Shown: positions 18,108 to 28,075, counted from the stretch's first letter. The stretch: 64,000 nucleotides of DNA from an uncultured Candidatus Saccharibacteria bacterium (GCA_964571085.1 CAZMZT010000002.1:2784-66783); one strand, 5' to 3'. The notes: a model not told the origin generated them from the sequence alone. Translations and numbers: made by a program.

Positions 18108-20378
18108 ATGACAAATAAAACACTAAAAATTAAAGGGATGCATTGTGCAAGTTGTGCAACTATTATCACCAACAAGGTTTCTAAACTTGGAGGTGTAGAT
18201 GCTGTTAGCGTTAATTTTGCGACGGAAAAAGCAAATGTGTCTTTTGATGATGCTGTTGTTTCTATCCATCAAATGAATAATGAGGTTGAAAAATTAGGGT
18301 ACACATTTATTGATGAAACGAGTTCACATCCTATGGAAGACCACAGTATGCATACTGGAATCAACGAATCAAAAGACGAAAAAATGAAAGAGCTTCTTGT
18401 TATGAAGACAAAAACTCAGTTTGTACTACCGATTGCTCTTCTTGTCTTTATTTTGATGATGTGGGATATAGGAGCAAAATTATTTACTTCAGTTCCAAAT
18501 CTTCCGTTACCGATGTCCATTTTCAACACCATCTCTATGGTACTTGCTAGTGTTGTATTGTTTTGGATTGGACAACCCTTTTTACAAGGAGTAGTAAAAT
18601 TTGCTAAATATCGTGTTGCTAATATGGATACTCTCATTGGTATTGGAACATTTGTTGCATACCTTTACAGTATCTGTATCACGTTATTCCCTTTAATGAG
18701 GGTAGCTTTAAAACTTCCTGAGACCACTTACTTTGATGTCACTATCGTAGTAATTGGTTTCGTGATGTTAGGTAAATACCTCGAAGCACGATCAAAACTT
18801 CGTACAGGTGAAGCGATAGAAAAACTTCTCGGACTCCAAGCAAAAACTGCATTACTATGGCGTAATGGTACTGAAGTAGAAGTACCAGTCAGTGAAGTGC
18901 AGATTGGAGATATTATTATCGTAAAACCAGGATCAAAGATTCCTGTAGACGGAATTATTGTGGAAGGATATTCATCTATTGATGAGTCAATGATTACTGG
19001 TGAACCAATTCCTGTTGATAAAAAAACTGATGATTTTGTTGTTGGAGCAACAATCAATAAGCAAGGAAATTTCAAATTCAAAGCTACAAAAATTGGATCC
19101 GACACTGTGCTCGCTCAAATCATAAAGATGGTTGAGGATGCTCAAGGATCAAAAGCTCCCATACAAGCAATGGCTGACAAAATTTCTAGCGTGTTTGTGC
19201 CAATCGTACTTGGCATAGCGGTACTCACTCTACTCCTTTGGCTTACCGTAGGTACATCAGCTCTCGGTTTCTCAACAGCACTTTCTTATGGAATTCTTTC
19301 TTTTGTAGGAGTTCTTGTTATCGCATGTCCATGTGCATTAGGACTCGCCACACCTACAGCTATTATTGTCGGGGTAGGAAAAGGAGCAGAACACGGAATC
19401 CTCATTCGCAATGCTGAAACCCTCGAAAAACTTAGCCATGTAGATACTGTCGTTCTTGATAAGACAGGAACGATCACAAAAGGAAAACCTGAAGTAACCG
19501 ATATTATTTCTCTTGATACTGCATGGACAGAAACAGATATACTACGAGCAAGTGCTAGTGTAGAAAAGCTTTCTGAACACCCTCTCGCAGATGCTGTTGT
19601 CGTTAAGGCAACCGAACAAAACATACTTCTTGAAACGGTTACAAATTTCCAAGCACTCGAAGGTGTCGGAGTAGAAGGAATGATTGGTAATAAGCACATA
19701 GTAATCCATAAGCCATCGAAAAGTGGCACTGTTACAGATAATATTAAAGAACTACAAGAACAAGGTAAGACAGTTGTTATTATAGAAGTTGGTAAAAAAC
19801 AGATCGGTCTTATCGCACTATCAGATACTCTAAAAGAAGAGTCAAAAGAAGCTGTAGCAAAACTTCATACAAGAAATATTAAAGTAATAATGCTCACAGG
19901 AGATAACTATTTGGCAGCAAGCTATATAGCGAAACTTGCGGGCATTGATGCTGTTATTGCAGAAGTAATACCTCAAGAAAAAGCTGGAAAGATAAAAGAA
20001 TTACAAGATGGTGGTGCGATTGTTGCAATGGTTGGCGATGGTATTAATGATGCCCCTGCTCTTGTACAGGCCGATGTCGGTATTGCTATGGGTACAGGTA
20101 CAGATGTGGCAATAGAATCAGCAGGTATCACGCTCCTCGGAGGAGACGTTTCAAAGATTGCACAAGCGATCAAGTTATCAAAAATGACAATGCGAGGTAT
20201 AAAGCAAAATCTTTTCTGGGCTTTTATATTCAATGTGGTAGGCATTCCTCTTGCTGCAGGACTCTTTTACCCAGCATTTGGATGGTTGTTAAATCCAGCG
20301 TTTGCAGGACTCGCTATGGCATTCTCAAGTGTCTCTGTAGTATCGAACTCATTAAGAATTAAGGCAAAGAAATTATAA
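18108..20378 (+). CDS. copA: Cu(I)-translocating P1B-type ATPase
   Basis: [43 protein letters not shown]. Confidence 0.95.
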   Translation: MTNKTLKIKGMHCASCATIITNKVSKLGGVDAVSVNFATEKANVSFDDAVVSIHQMNNEVEKLGYTFIDETSSHPMEDHSMHTGINESKDEKMKELLVMKTKTQFVLPIALLVFILMMWDIGAKLFTSVPNLPLPMSIFNTISMVLASVVLFWIGQPFLQGVVKFAKYRVANMDTLIGIGTFVAYLYSICITLFPLMRVALKLPETTYFDVTIVVIGFVMLGKYLEARSKLRTGEAIEKLLGLQAKTALLWRNGTEVEVPVSEVQIGDIIIVKPGSKIPVDGIIVEGYSSIDESMITGEPIPVDKKTDDFVVGATINKQGNFKFKATKIGSDTVLAQIIKMVEDAQGSKAPIQAMADKISSVFVPIVLGIAVLTLLLWLTVGTSALGFSTALSYGILSFVGVLVIACPCALGLATPTAIIVGVGKGAEHGILIRNAETLEKLSHVDTVVLDKTGTITKGKPEVTDIISLDTAWTETDILRASASVEKLSEHPLADAVVVKATEQNILLETVTNFQALEGVGVEGMIGNKHIVIHKPSKSGTVTDNIKELQEQGKTVVIIEVGKKQIGLIALSDTLKEESKEAVAKLHTRNIKVIMLTGDNYLAASYIAKLAGIDAVIAEVIPQEKAGKIKELQDGGAIVAMVGDGINDAPALVQADVGIAMGTGTDVAIESAGITLLGGDVSKIAQAIKLSKMTMRGIKQNLFWAFIFNVVGIPLAAGLFYPAFGWLLNPAFAGLAMAFSSVSVVSNSLRIKAKKL

Positions 20379-20379
20379 T

Positions 20380-21387
20380 ATGAAAAATTACATACTACAT
20401 GTTTCTGGAACTCATTGTGCGTCATGCAAAATACTAATTGAAGATATTCTTGTTGATCAAGATATTGTCAAAGGTGTTAATGTAAATCTAAAAAATGAAA
20501 TTGTCCATATTGATACTGATAGCAATAGTAGCCCAGAGGAGATAGCGTCATTACTTACTGAAAAAATTAAATCGCACGGATACACTCTTTCTGTTGAGAA
20601 AATAATCAAAGAAAAACAATCTGATGACATTATTTGGAAAGCAATACCAATTGGTCTTGTGTTCTTGATATTATTCTTCATTCTTCAAAAATCAGGTATT
20701 TTGAATCTCGGCATTGGTGGAAAAACTACACCTGCTACAAGTTTTATTATCGGGATCGTAGCTTCAGTTTCGAGTTGTCTTGCAATCGTAGGAGGTCTTG
20801 TGTTATCACTCTCAGCAAAAATATCACAAGATAATGTGAGTGATACAAAAACTTTTGCACTTTTCCATATTGGAAGAATCGGGAGCTTCGCACTACTCGG
20901 CGGAGTACTAGGACTAGTCGGGAATGCTATCGGTATTAGTTTTACATTTACTGCAATTTTAGGAATTATTGCTTCTCTTGTTATGCTATTTCTCGGATTA
21001 AATTTAGTCGGTGTATTCGAAAAAAATAAAATTACATTACCTTCAGGAATCTTCAACTTTTTTCGCAAAATTGAACATAAAACTTTTACACCTCTGATAA
21101 TTGGTTTTGGTACATTCTTCTTACCTTGTGGTTTTACTCAATCAATGCAAGTAGTTGCACTCTCTAGTGGATCATTTATCTCTGGAATGATGATTATGCT
21201 TGCATTTGCTCTTGGGACTCTTCCTGTTCTCTTACTCTTATCATTTGGTGGAGCTTCACTTGCTCACGGGAAGCATGCACCACTATTCTTTAAGTCAGCA
21301 GGTGTCGTAGTGATCGGTCTTGGGATCTTCGCATTGCTCGCTGGTCTTGTAGGTGTCGGTATTATTAACCCTTTGTTTAATATATAA
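20380..21387 (+). CDS. HMA domain + DsbD_2/sulfite-exporter-like membrane protein
   Basis: GTHCASC; SSCLAIVGG; FFLPCG; multiple TM helices. Confidence 0.85.
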   Translation: MKNYILHVSGTHCASCKILIEDILVDQDIVKGVNVNLKNEIVHIDTDSNSSPEEIASLLTEKIKSHGYTLSVEKIIKEKQSDDIIWKAIPIGLVFLILFFILQKSGILNLGIGGKTTPATSFIIGIVASVSSCLAIVGGLVLSLSAKISQDNVSDTKTFALFHIGRIGSFALLGGVLGLVGNAIGISFTFTAILGIIASLVMLFLGLNLVGVFEKNKITLPSGIFNFFRKIEHKTFTPLIIGFGTFFLPCGFTQSMQVVALSSGSFISGMMIMLAFALGTLPVLLLLSFGGASLAHGKHAPLFFKSAGVVVIGLGIFALLAGLVGVGIINPLFNI

Positions 21388-21394
21388 TTATCAT

Positions 21395-21790
21395 ATGAAT
21401 AAAACTGTCTCAATTATTATCATTAGTGCACTTCTTATAGGTATAGGAATCGTTGTTTTGGGTGGGGCATCAAAGGGTGGATCAGAAAGTGCTACAGGAG
21501 TGCAAAACAGCGAAATAAGAGACGGTGTACAGTACATAACCATAGATGCCAAAGCAGGATATTCTCCCAGGGTATCTATGGCAAAAGCAGGTATCCCTAC
21601 AAAGTTAATAGTAAAAACCAATGGTACTTACGACTGCTCTGCTTCTTTGGTTATTAAATCATTAAACTATCAAAAAATTCTTTCTCAGACAGGAGAAGAA
21701 ATTATCGATATTGGGACACCGGTAGCAGGAACTCCGTTGAGAGGGGTCTGTGGTATGGGAATGTATAACTTCCTTATTAACTTTAGTTAA
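21395..21790 (+). CDS. Membrane-anchored cupredoxin-like protein
   Basis: N-terminal TM, GYSP, C-terminal CGMGMY. Confidence 0.8.
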   Translation: MNKTVSIIIISALLIGIGIVVLGGASKGGSESATGVQNSEIRDGVQYITIDAKAGYSPRVSMAKAGIPTKLIVKTNGTYDCSASLVIKSLNYQKILSQTGEEIIDIGTPVAGTPLRGVCGMGMYNFLINFS

Positions 21791-22248
21791 GGTATATACA
21801 TTTTTCTTTAAGTACTATTTTACTTTTAAAACAAGTTAGTAACCCCCGCTTTTCTTCAATAGAACCATCTTTCAAAATAAATTTAGCATAGTTACGAATA
21901 TCAATATCGTTTACTTGTATTTCTTGTTTGATGCCAAGAACCGACTGTTGAAACTTCTTTATTCTCTGAACCTCTTCCTTAATCTTATCTTTCATTCCTA
22001 TCTCATTAATACTTATCTGATTGAGTAGTTTTTCAAATTGTTCTATAAGTTCAACCTCGTTGATATAGCCACATTTACAATCTTTGTCTTTGGCTTTCGT
22101 ACATCCATAGTAGATATGACGATTAACAGATCCGTCTTTAAGCTTCTTAAACTTCTCATCAGCACATATACCAGAACCACATAGACCACAAATCATCATT
22201 CTGGTAAAAGCAAATTCTTTAGGTTCTTGCGTTCTTAATACTTGGCTT
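21783..22248 (-). pseudogene. 5'-truncated large serine recombinase (Zn-ribbon/C-terminal part only)
   Basis: LRTQEPKEFAFT...CGLCGSGICADEKFKKLKDGSVNRHIYYGC nearly identical to the C-terminus of 8807-10126; homology stops near 22248; no catalytic domain. Confidence 0.9.
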
Positions 22249-22338
22249 AAAAAGACCAATAGTCAAGAAGACCTTGTTTATTTTATAGAAAAAATAAAAT
22301 CCGAGTTTACTAATCTTGATTTTCTTGCACGTATATTA

Positions 22339-22557
22339 TTGGCTAACCCAAACGAGTTATTTATTAAATCTTTAGCAAATGCAATTTTGAGTACAAAATT
22401 AGAAGAAGAGGGTAAAATAACAAATTTGAAAGTTCCTGAAGTAGAGACTGTTGTTAGAAATATAAATGTAATTCATATTGATTTTTCTGGTATTGACCTT
22501 AAAGAGAGAGGTACAGATGAAGGGCCACTAGCAGTAAAGGATAATTCAGAGTTCTAG
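22339..22557 (+). pseudogene. Short ORF, probably the 3' fragment of a deleted cargo gene
   Basis: TTG start near the deletion breakpoint; frame open further upstream; occupies the right-cargo position of the element. Confidence 0.35.
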
Positions 22558-22612
22558 TTTGTTTAAGTGCTCAAAGACCATCAAAAAGTTAAGATAAAAT
22601 TGTTAAAGATAA

Positions 22613-22660
22613 CCTTACTGGACTTGCCCGACCACGGCTCTTGCTCAAAGACGCCAGCCA
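22613..22660. repeat. att repeat copy 2
   Basis: ccttactggacttgcccgaccacggctcttgctcaaagacgccagcca; 40/48 identical to copy 1, ungapped. Confidence 0.88.
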
Positions 22661-22784
22661 GGAACAGGGTGAGGAATATCTAAGGCTTAATCCAGAGAAG
22701 ACATGAGAATGATAGTCCTCACATTAACCAGTGCCACTTTTATCGTATTTTATAAAATCTATTTAATAATCTATAATAGACATT

Positions 22785-23396
22785 ATGAATTTATTGGAAA
22801 ATCTATTATTTTCGCTTATTACAGGTATTATCTCAAGTATCATTGTAGTTATATATTTTGAATATCAGCAGAATAAAAAGCATAAACTCTCGCATGCACA
22901 TATTTTACATAAATTTATCAGTCAAATGTTCGGCATCCTAACAGTTATCAGGGTTTCTGCCGATTTGCCATATCCAAGAGGCAACAATCAGAATGAGATA
23001 CTAGTAAAACTAGAGGAAATATTGGGTCGAAAGAACCCAAGTGTACTTATGGGAAGAATACCTAATTTGGGTGGAGATAAACATAAGTACATTTATGAAC
23101 AGCTCCTTATGGCTCGGCAGTCATTATCGATGCTTTTTTCTGATTCAATTGCACACAAAACCATTGACGGAAAAATTTCTGCTTCTATAGCCGAGGCTCA
23201 AGTTTGGGTTGAAGCAGTCCTTTCTAACTACCAGTTATTTCCAGAAATTTTAAATAATCAGGCTGATACTTTAATGATAACGAGTTGGACTACTAGTATA
23301 TTTAATCTTACGGAAAATACCTTTGGGATACTCACTAATACATTAGCTAGAAAGGAGGTTCCAGATGAAATGTTACGTTGGGGTACTCGTGGATAG
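22785..23396 (+). CDS. Hypothetical protein with N-terminal TM; sole cargo of remnant element 3
   Basis: 203-aa ORF with hydrophobic N-terminus, tataat 7 nt upstream, bounded by att copies 2 and 3. Confidence 0.7.
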   Translation: MNLLENLLFSLITGIISSIIVVIYFEYQQNKKHKLSHAHILHKFISQMFGILTVIRVSADLPYPRGNNQNEILVKLEEILGRKNPSVLMGRIPNLGGDKHKYIYEQLLMARQSLSMLFSDSIAHKTIDGKISASIAEAQVWVEAVLSNYQLFPEILNNQADTLMITSWTTSIFNLTENTFGILTNTLARKEVPDEMLRWGTRG

Positions 23397-23443
23397 TATG
23401 TCTGAGAAGGTTTGAAATGGTATAATAAAAGTGTTAGTAATAA

Positions 23444-23491
23444 CCTTACTCTACTTGACCGACCACGACTCTTGCTCAAAGACACCAGCCA
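23444..23491. repeat. att repeat copy 3
   Basis: ccttactctacttgaccgaccacgactcttgctcaaagacaccagcca; 43/48 identical to copy 2, ungapped. Confidence 0.88.
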
Positions 23492-23555
23492 AGTCGTGCT
23501 AAATCGAGATTCGTCGAAACCCCATTGGTTGCATTGTTTATAGTATAATTAAAAA

Positions 23556-23894
23556 ATGAAAGTCATAAAAAAATCAAATGAAACTTTTGTTCGTGGAGAT
23601 GCTCACGGAGGGAGTGGTGGTAGAAAGTTGTTAGTAGCTGACAACGAAATGAAAAATGTACAAGGTATGACATATGGTTTTTTGCCTGCAGGTTCAAAGT
23701 TTGCTTGGCATAATCATGACAAATTGAATGAGGTTATGTATGTAATAAAAGGAAAAGGAACAGTTCGCGATGAAGATGATACATACTCTTACTCTGCAGG
23801 AGATTTATTTATATTTCCAGAAGAAGTTTTTCACGAAATTGAAAATACATCGGAAGAAGAGAACGAATATATTTTTGTGCGAGTTTACAAATAA
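23556..23894 (+). CDS. Cupin_2 protein
   Basis: WHNH...EVMYVIKGKG...HEIEN cupin metal motifs. Confidence 0.88.
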   Translation: MKVIKKSNETFVRGDAHGGSGGRKLLVADNEMKNVQGMTYGFLPAGSKFAWHNHDKLNEVMYVIKGKGTVRDEDDTYSYSAGDLFIFPEEVFHEIENTSEEENEYIFVRVYK

Positions 23895-23900
23895 AATATA

Positions 23901-24440
23901 ATGACCAAACAAAAATTATCCTCAAAACAGTTTCTCTTGATAGTAAATGGACCATCTTGTGGTGGTAAATCTTCTGTTTCAAATATTATATTTGAGAAAT
24001 ACGGAGGAATATTCAATGCAAACAGCGATCGTATCAAGTGGCTGATATCTGACTATGAAGCTACCACTCACAGGAATATTGTTCACAAGATGACTCTCGA
24101 GCTTATAAAGGTTGCCTTAAAAGAAGGTCTATCAATACTTAAAGAAGGTGGTTTATTTAATCCAGAAGAAGTTGTGCAGATTGCAAAAGATCACGACATA
24201 CCTCTCTTTATTGCAAATATTTCTGCTCCAAAGGAAGTCCTGGATCAACGATTCCTAGAGAGGATAGAAGCCAAGAAAAATGGAGCCAAGATTTCAAACG
24301 TAGACCCAGAACGCTTCAATGAGCTTTTTGAGATGTATCTGGATACCAAGATGGATTCTCCTCTTGAGTTTGACTCCTCTGTACAAACACCTGAACAAAT
24401 ATCCACTGCTATAACTGATTACATCCAAACACATATTTAG
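23901..24440 (+). CDS. P-loop kinase (AAA_33-like)
   Basis: NGPSCGGKSS Walker A, SDRIK. Confidence 0.75.
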   Translation: MTKQKLSSKQFLLIVNGPSCGGKSSVSNIIFEKYGGIFNANSDRIKWLISDYEATTHRNIVHKMTLELIKVALKEGLSILKEGGLFNPEEVVQIAKDHDIPLFIANISAPKEVLDQRFLERIEAKKNGAKISNVDPERFNELFEMYLDTKMDSPLEFDSSVQTPEQISTAITDYIQTHI

Positions 24441-24479
24441 TTTATTATATAGTTTTTACTATTTTAAGTAATAACCCTC

Positions 24480-24851
24480 ATGAAAACTTTCTCTAGTGTA
24501 CAAGAATACATAAAAGACGTTCCGAAAGAATTCCTCCCAAAGGTAAAAGAAATGAGAGCTTTGGCAAAGAAGTTTGTTCCCAAAGGCAAGGAGAGTATAA
24601 AGTACGGCATACCCACTATAGAGCTAGATGGGGAGAACTTCATACATTTTGCCGGGATGAAAGGCCATCTAGGGTTCTATCCAGCACCATCTGGGGTGAA
24701 GGCTTTTGAAAGCGAGCTCAAGAAGAAAGGTATCAGCTATTCCAAAGGTTGCATCAGGTTCCCTTATGACCAGCCACTCCCAGTACCTCTAATCACCAAG
24801 ATTATAAAGTTTCGCCTAAAGGAAAACCTTGGTAAAATAAAGAATAAGTAA
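24480..24851 (+). CDS. DUF1801 (YdhG-like) protein
   Basis: ESIKYGIPT, HFAGMKGHLGFYP, SKGCIRFP. Confidence 0.85.
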   Translation: MKTFSSVQEYIKDVPKEFLPKVKEMRALAKKFVPKGKESIKYGIPTIELDGENFIHFAGMKGHLGFYPAPSGVKAFESELKKKGISYSKGCIRFPYDQPLPVPLITKIIKFRLKENLGKIKNK

Positions 24852-24875
24852 ATTATAAGAATAATATATAAACAT

Positions 24876-25334
24876 ATGAAAGAAAAAATGCATTTCGAGA
24901 TGGAGATCTACGCTCCTGTACAGAAAGTATGGGACACAATGCTAGAAAAGGAGTCATACAAAGAGTGGACTACTGCTTTTGACCCGACTTCATCCTACGA
25001 AGGTTCATGGGAGAAGGGGAGCAAGATGAAGTTCATATCTACTACCAATGGCGACGGCATGATATCTGAAATAGCAGAGAACATTCCTTACAAGTTTATC
25101 TCTATCAAGCATTTAGGCGAAATAAAGGGTGGAGTAGAAGACACCACCAGCGACAAAGTCAAAACATGGACCCCAGCCTATGAGAACTATACATTTGCCG
25201 ACAAAGGTATGGGGACGCTACTTGCTGTAGATATGGAGTCGCCATCTACTCCAGAATCCAAAGCTATGAAAGAAATGTTTGAAGACATGTGGCCCAAAGC
25301 ACTCCTTAGGCTAAAGGAAATCTGCGAGAGGTAG
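24876..25334 (+). CDS. SRPBCC/AHSA1-like protein
   Basis: IYAPVQKVWD...Y.EWT...WPKALLRLKEICE. Confidence 0.85.
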   Translation: MKEKMHFEMEIYAPVQKVWDTMLEKESYKEWTTAFDPTSSYEGSWEKGSKMKFISTTNGDGMISEIAENIPYKFISIKHLGEIKGGVEDTTSDKVKTWTPAYENYTFADKGMGTLLAVDMESPSTPESKAMKEMFEDMWPKALLRLKEICER

Positions 25335-25361
25335 AAAACTCAGGCAAAAGATTATAGCTCG

Positions 25362-25408
25362 CCATAAAAAGGCTCTGACATAGATTTGATGTCAGAGCCT
25401 TTTTATGG
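25362..25408. terminator. Bidirectional terminator hairpin
   Basis: ccataaaaaggctctgacat...atgtcagagcctttttatgg. Confidence 0.75.
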
Positions 25409-25415
25409 TAGTTTT

Positions 25416-25724
25416 ATGGAAACATCATCATTAACCCTAAAATCAATGCTTATGACAAAGAAGGTTTTTGTCCCTAGGATGAATGGGCTAAGTGATGCCC
25501 AGATAGATAATGAACTAGATCGTATAAAAGAGACCTACAAATTCCTAACACCAAAGGATATGGAATGGATAAAGCAATATAGCGAACCCTATTCAGATCA
25601 CGAAGGAGTTATCCTTACAGAAGGCGGGACATATCCTGTCTATCCTTCATTTGATATGAATCGCACATCTTTTCTCAGAAATAATCGCGGTGGGGAGGTC
25701 TGGAAATTTGAATCCGAAAAATGA
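25416..25724 (+). CDS. Hypothetical protein
   Basis: Open frame between two terminator hairpins; no recognised motif. Confidence 0.55.
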   Translation: METSSLTLKSMLMTKKVFVPRMNGLSDAQIDNELDRIKETYKFLTPKDMEWIKQYSEPYSDHEGVILTEGGTYPVYPSFDMNRTSFLRNNRGGEVWKFESEK

Positions 25725-25758
25725 ATGACTGCTTTCATACCATGAAGGCAGTCATTTT
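25724..25758 (+). terminator. Intrinsic terminator
   Basis: aatgactgctttcat-acc-atgaaggcagtcatt-tt. Confidence 0.7.
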
Positions 25759-25783
25759 AATACCAATCTGATATAATAATTTT

Positions 25784-26158
25784 ATGCAAAAATCCGTACA
25801 CAATGCACCCCCAATACTTTACCGGCTCTCAGCTGACCTCATATTTATCTTTCACTTCACAGTGGTGATGATCATACTCTTTGGCTGGCTTGTTCCTGCT
25901 ATATGGCCACTGTATATGTTCACACTTGTCGTGTCTCTTGTCTCTGACGTTGTGTTTGGCTACTGCCTACTGAGCAAATGGGAGTTTGTTCTACGTAAAA
26001 AGTTCAACCCAAGCATAGACTACCACTACGACTTTACTACTTACTATACATACCGACTGACCAACCGCACCATACGCGACAGCTTTATGAAAACTGCTGC
26101 GATTACTTTTATATCGCTTTCAATCTTGATCAGCATTGTGTTTCGTTTTTTGGTATAA
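25784..26158 (+). CDS. DUF2784-like membrane protein
   Basis: LSADLIFIFHF...GYCLLSKWEFVLR; four hydrophobic segments. Confidence 0.7.
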   Translation: MQKSVHNAPPILYRLSADLIFIFHFTVVMIILFGWLVPAIWPLYMFTLVVSLVSDVVFGYCLLSKWEFVLRKKFNPSIDYHYDFTTYYTYRLTNRTIRDSFMKTAAITFISLSILISIVFRFLV

Positions 26159-26198
26159 TGTAAATAGTAAAATATTTACCCTTAATTTATTAAATCAT

Positions 26199-26954
26199 AT
26201 GTCAAAAGTAACAATTGGTGCGCTAGTAGCTATAGTATTAATAGTCGGTGGGTACCTTGCCTTTAAAGGCAACAAAGAAGTAGACACAATCAACATCTAC
26301 AACAGTGAGGGTACTGAGGTAAAGAACGATAGTGGCAAGAAGATGGCCTTCTCGCAGTTTATCAAGAATCCAGGTGGTTCATACAAATGCGAGGTCAAGC
26401 AAGTGATTAGTGATTTTGATACTAGTGGCACAGTTTATGTAAGTAACGGCAAGATAAAGGGTGACTACACTACAATAGCCGAAGGCAAAACAATGAAGAC
26501 TTCATTCATCATGCGTGACGGGTATTCATATATGTGGGGAGACATGATGATGGGCTCAGGATTCAAAGTAAAGATTCCTGATATCACTACTGCTACAAAT
26601 ACCAATCTGGACACATCAGGAACATACACTTGGAATGCAGAGCAGATAGGTGACTATGATTGTCAGCCATGGGTGGCCAGTGAGGCCATGTTTAGCTTGC
26701 CAGCTAAAGTTGTATTTAAAGACCTGAGTCAAAATGAAGTCAGTATACTGCCTCCGCCTCAGATAGATGTTGCTGGTGTTTGTACAAACACTGGGGGTAC
26801 ATGGTCTGCAGAGTACCGAGAATGTAACGGTATAAACGAGAACATTTGTAAAGCAATAGGAGGCACGTACAACGGATGTGCCTCAGCATGCCGACATGAC
26901 CCAAAGGCAGAGATGTGCACAATGCAATGTGTCCAGATATGTACGCTTAAATAG
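26199..26954 (+). CDS. Membrane-anchored exported protein with Cys-rich C-terminal domain
   Basis: N-terminal TM; C-terminal CTNTGGTW...CKAIGGTYNGCASACRH...CTMQCVQIC. Confidence 0.75.
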   Translation: MSKVTIGALVAIVLIVGGYLAFKGNKEVDTINIYNSEGTEVKNDSGKKMAFSQFIKNPGGSYKCEVKQVISDFDTSGTVYVSNGKIKGDYTTIAEGKTMKTSFIMRDGYSYMWGDMMMGSGFKVKIPDITTATNTNLDTSGTYTWNAEQIGDYDCQPWVASEAMFSLPAKVVFKDLSQNEVSILPPPQIDVAGVCTNTGGTWSAEYRECNGINENICKAIGGTYNGCASACRHDPKAEMCTMQCVQICTLK

Positions 26955-26968
26955 AATTATTCAAAAGT

Positions 26969-27412
26969 ATGAAGAAGAATTTCGATCCCGAGTTCAAGCC
27001 TGACCTGACACCCAAGCAGATGCTTGCGCTCGGGGTTTTCGATGGTTGGTATGTCGACAACGACTATATAAAAGAATTCCCAAAGGATTGGTTTACTCGA
27101 GCAAAACTTTCGAAAACTAACGGGCCTGATGTAAACCTTAACTTCTTTAAAGTTCATGCTAGTCAGCCACTCTCAGTGTGGCAGAAGAAGGGCTGGATAC
27201 ACAAGGACGACCCTAGAGGGTGGTTTCAGTGGTACTGCAGGTACTACATGGGTCGCAGGCACCAGGATGATGCTAGACAGATAAAGAGGTGGAAGGCTAT
27301 GAGCCGACATGTGGCCCAGGTATCAAACAATTGCCGAGCAGGGGACATAAACTGCCGTCCCCGCCAGCGCCAAGCCCTACTCCACTGGGCTTATGATAGT
27401 AGGAAGATATAA
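26969..27412 (+). CDS. Conserved-looking hypothetical protein
   Basis: FKPDLTPKQMLALGVF, GWIHKDDPRGWFQWYCRYYMGRR, RQRQALLHWAYD. Confidence 0.75.
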   Translation: MKKNFDPEFKPDLTPKQMLALGVFDGWYVDNDYIKEFPKDWFTRAKLSKTNGPDVNLNFFKVHASQPLSVWQKKGWIHKDDPRGWFQWYCRYYMGRRHQDDARQIKRWKAMSRHVAQVSNNCRAGDINCRPRQRQALLHWAYDSRKI

Positions 27413-27628
27413 ACTGTTGACAGGAACTATAGATAGGTGTAATAATTAAGATTCAAGACAATTGAATTGTTATTTGAAAAATGTAAGGCCCAATCGATAT
27501 ATTTACAATCTAACGATATGCAACCTGACTATTGCAGGTCTATATGTATCCGTTATTTCCAATAAATATAGTGCTTTACCAAATAGTAAAATAGCTTTTC
27601 TATTTTTTTAATTCTTAAATTTTAAGAC

Positions 27629-28075
27629 ATGAAAAAGATCTTTGTTGCACTCATTCCGATTTTTGCGATTTTTATTGTAGCCACAGCATTTGCCGCTCCG
27701 CCTGACGTTGGAAAGCAGAAGAATGACCAGGTTACACTGGCGACACAGCCGCAGGAAGATATGTGCATCGCCACGACTGATGCCACATTACTGCCCGGTT
27801 TTACAGAAGCTGTTTCCGGTATTAATGATGTTAAGAAAGCTGCTTACCCCAATCTGCCCGGAGGTGCTGTTTTTACTGACAACATTGAACTGGCTTCAAA
27901 TGCAATCAACAACACTACAGCGGTAAAAAAAGAAGCTAAAAAATATGATGCCAGCCTTTGCCAGGATTCAGGAGTGTATATTGGGAATCAACAAAACAGT
28001 TCTGATAACAATCTGATCAACCGGAATAATGATGTAGCTGCCCCCAAAGACACGGAACCCGTGCAAACTGAATAA
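27629..28075 (+). CDS. Hypothetical secreted protein
   Basis: MKKIFVALIPIFAIFIVATAFA signal peptide (A-x-A); followed by terminator at 28101-28135. Confidence 0.65.
   Translation: MKKIFVALIPIFAIFIVATAFAAPPDVGKQKNDQVTLATQPQEDMCIATTDATLLPGFTEAVSGINDVKKAAYPNLPGGAVFTDNIELASNAINNTTAVKKEAKKYDASLCQDSGVYIGNQQNSSDNNLINRNNDVAAPKDTEPVQTE

Larger units (their letters stand above)
17033..22656. mobile_element. Integrative element 2 (core deleted) with copper-resistance cargo
   Basis: Left ~130 bp homologous to 1889-2009; recombinase 3' remnant in same position and orientation as in element 1; ends at att repeat copy 2. Confidence 0.8.

Noticed and set aside
1889-23491. Complete prophage
   Set aside because: No recognisable portal, capsid, tail, lysis or replication genes between the att sites
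16991-23491. CRISPR array or integron attC sites
   Set aside because: Repeats are 0.8-5.6 kb apart, no cas genes or tyrosine integrase, and they end in the tRNA 3' core
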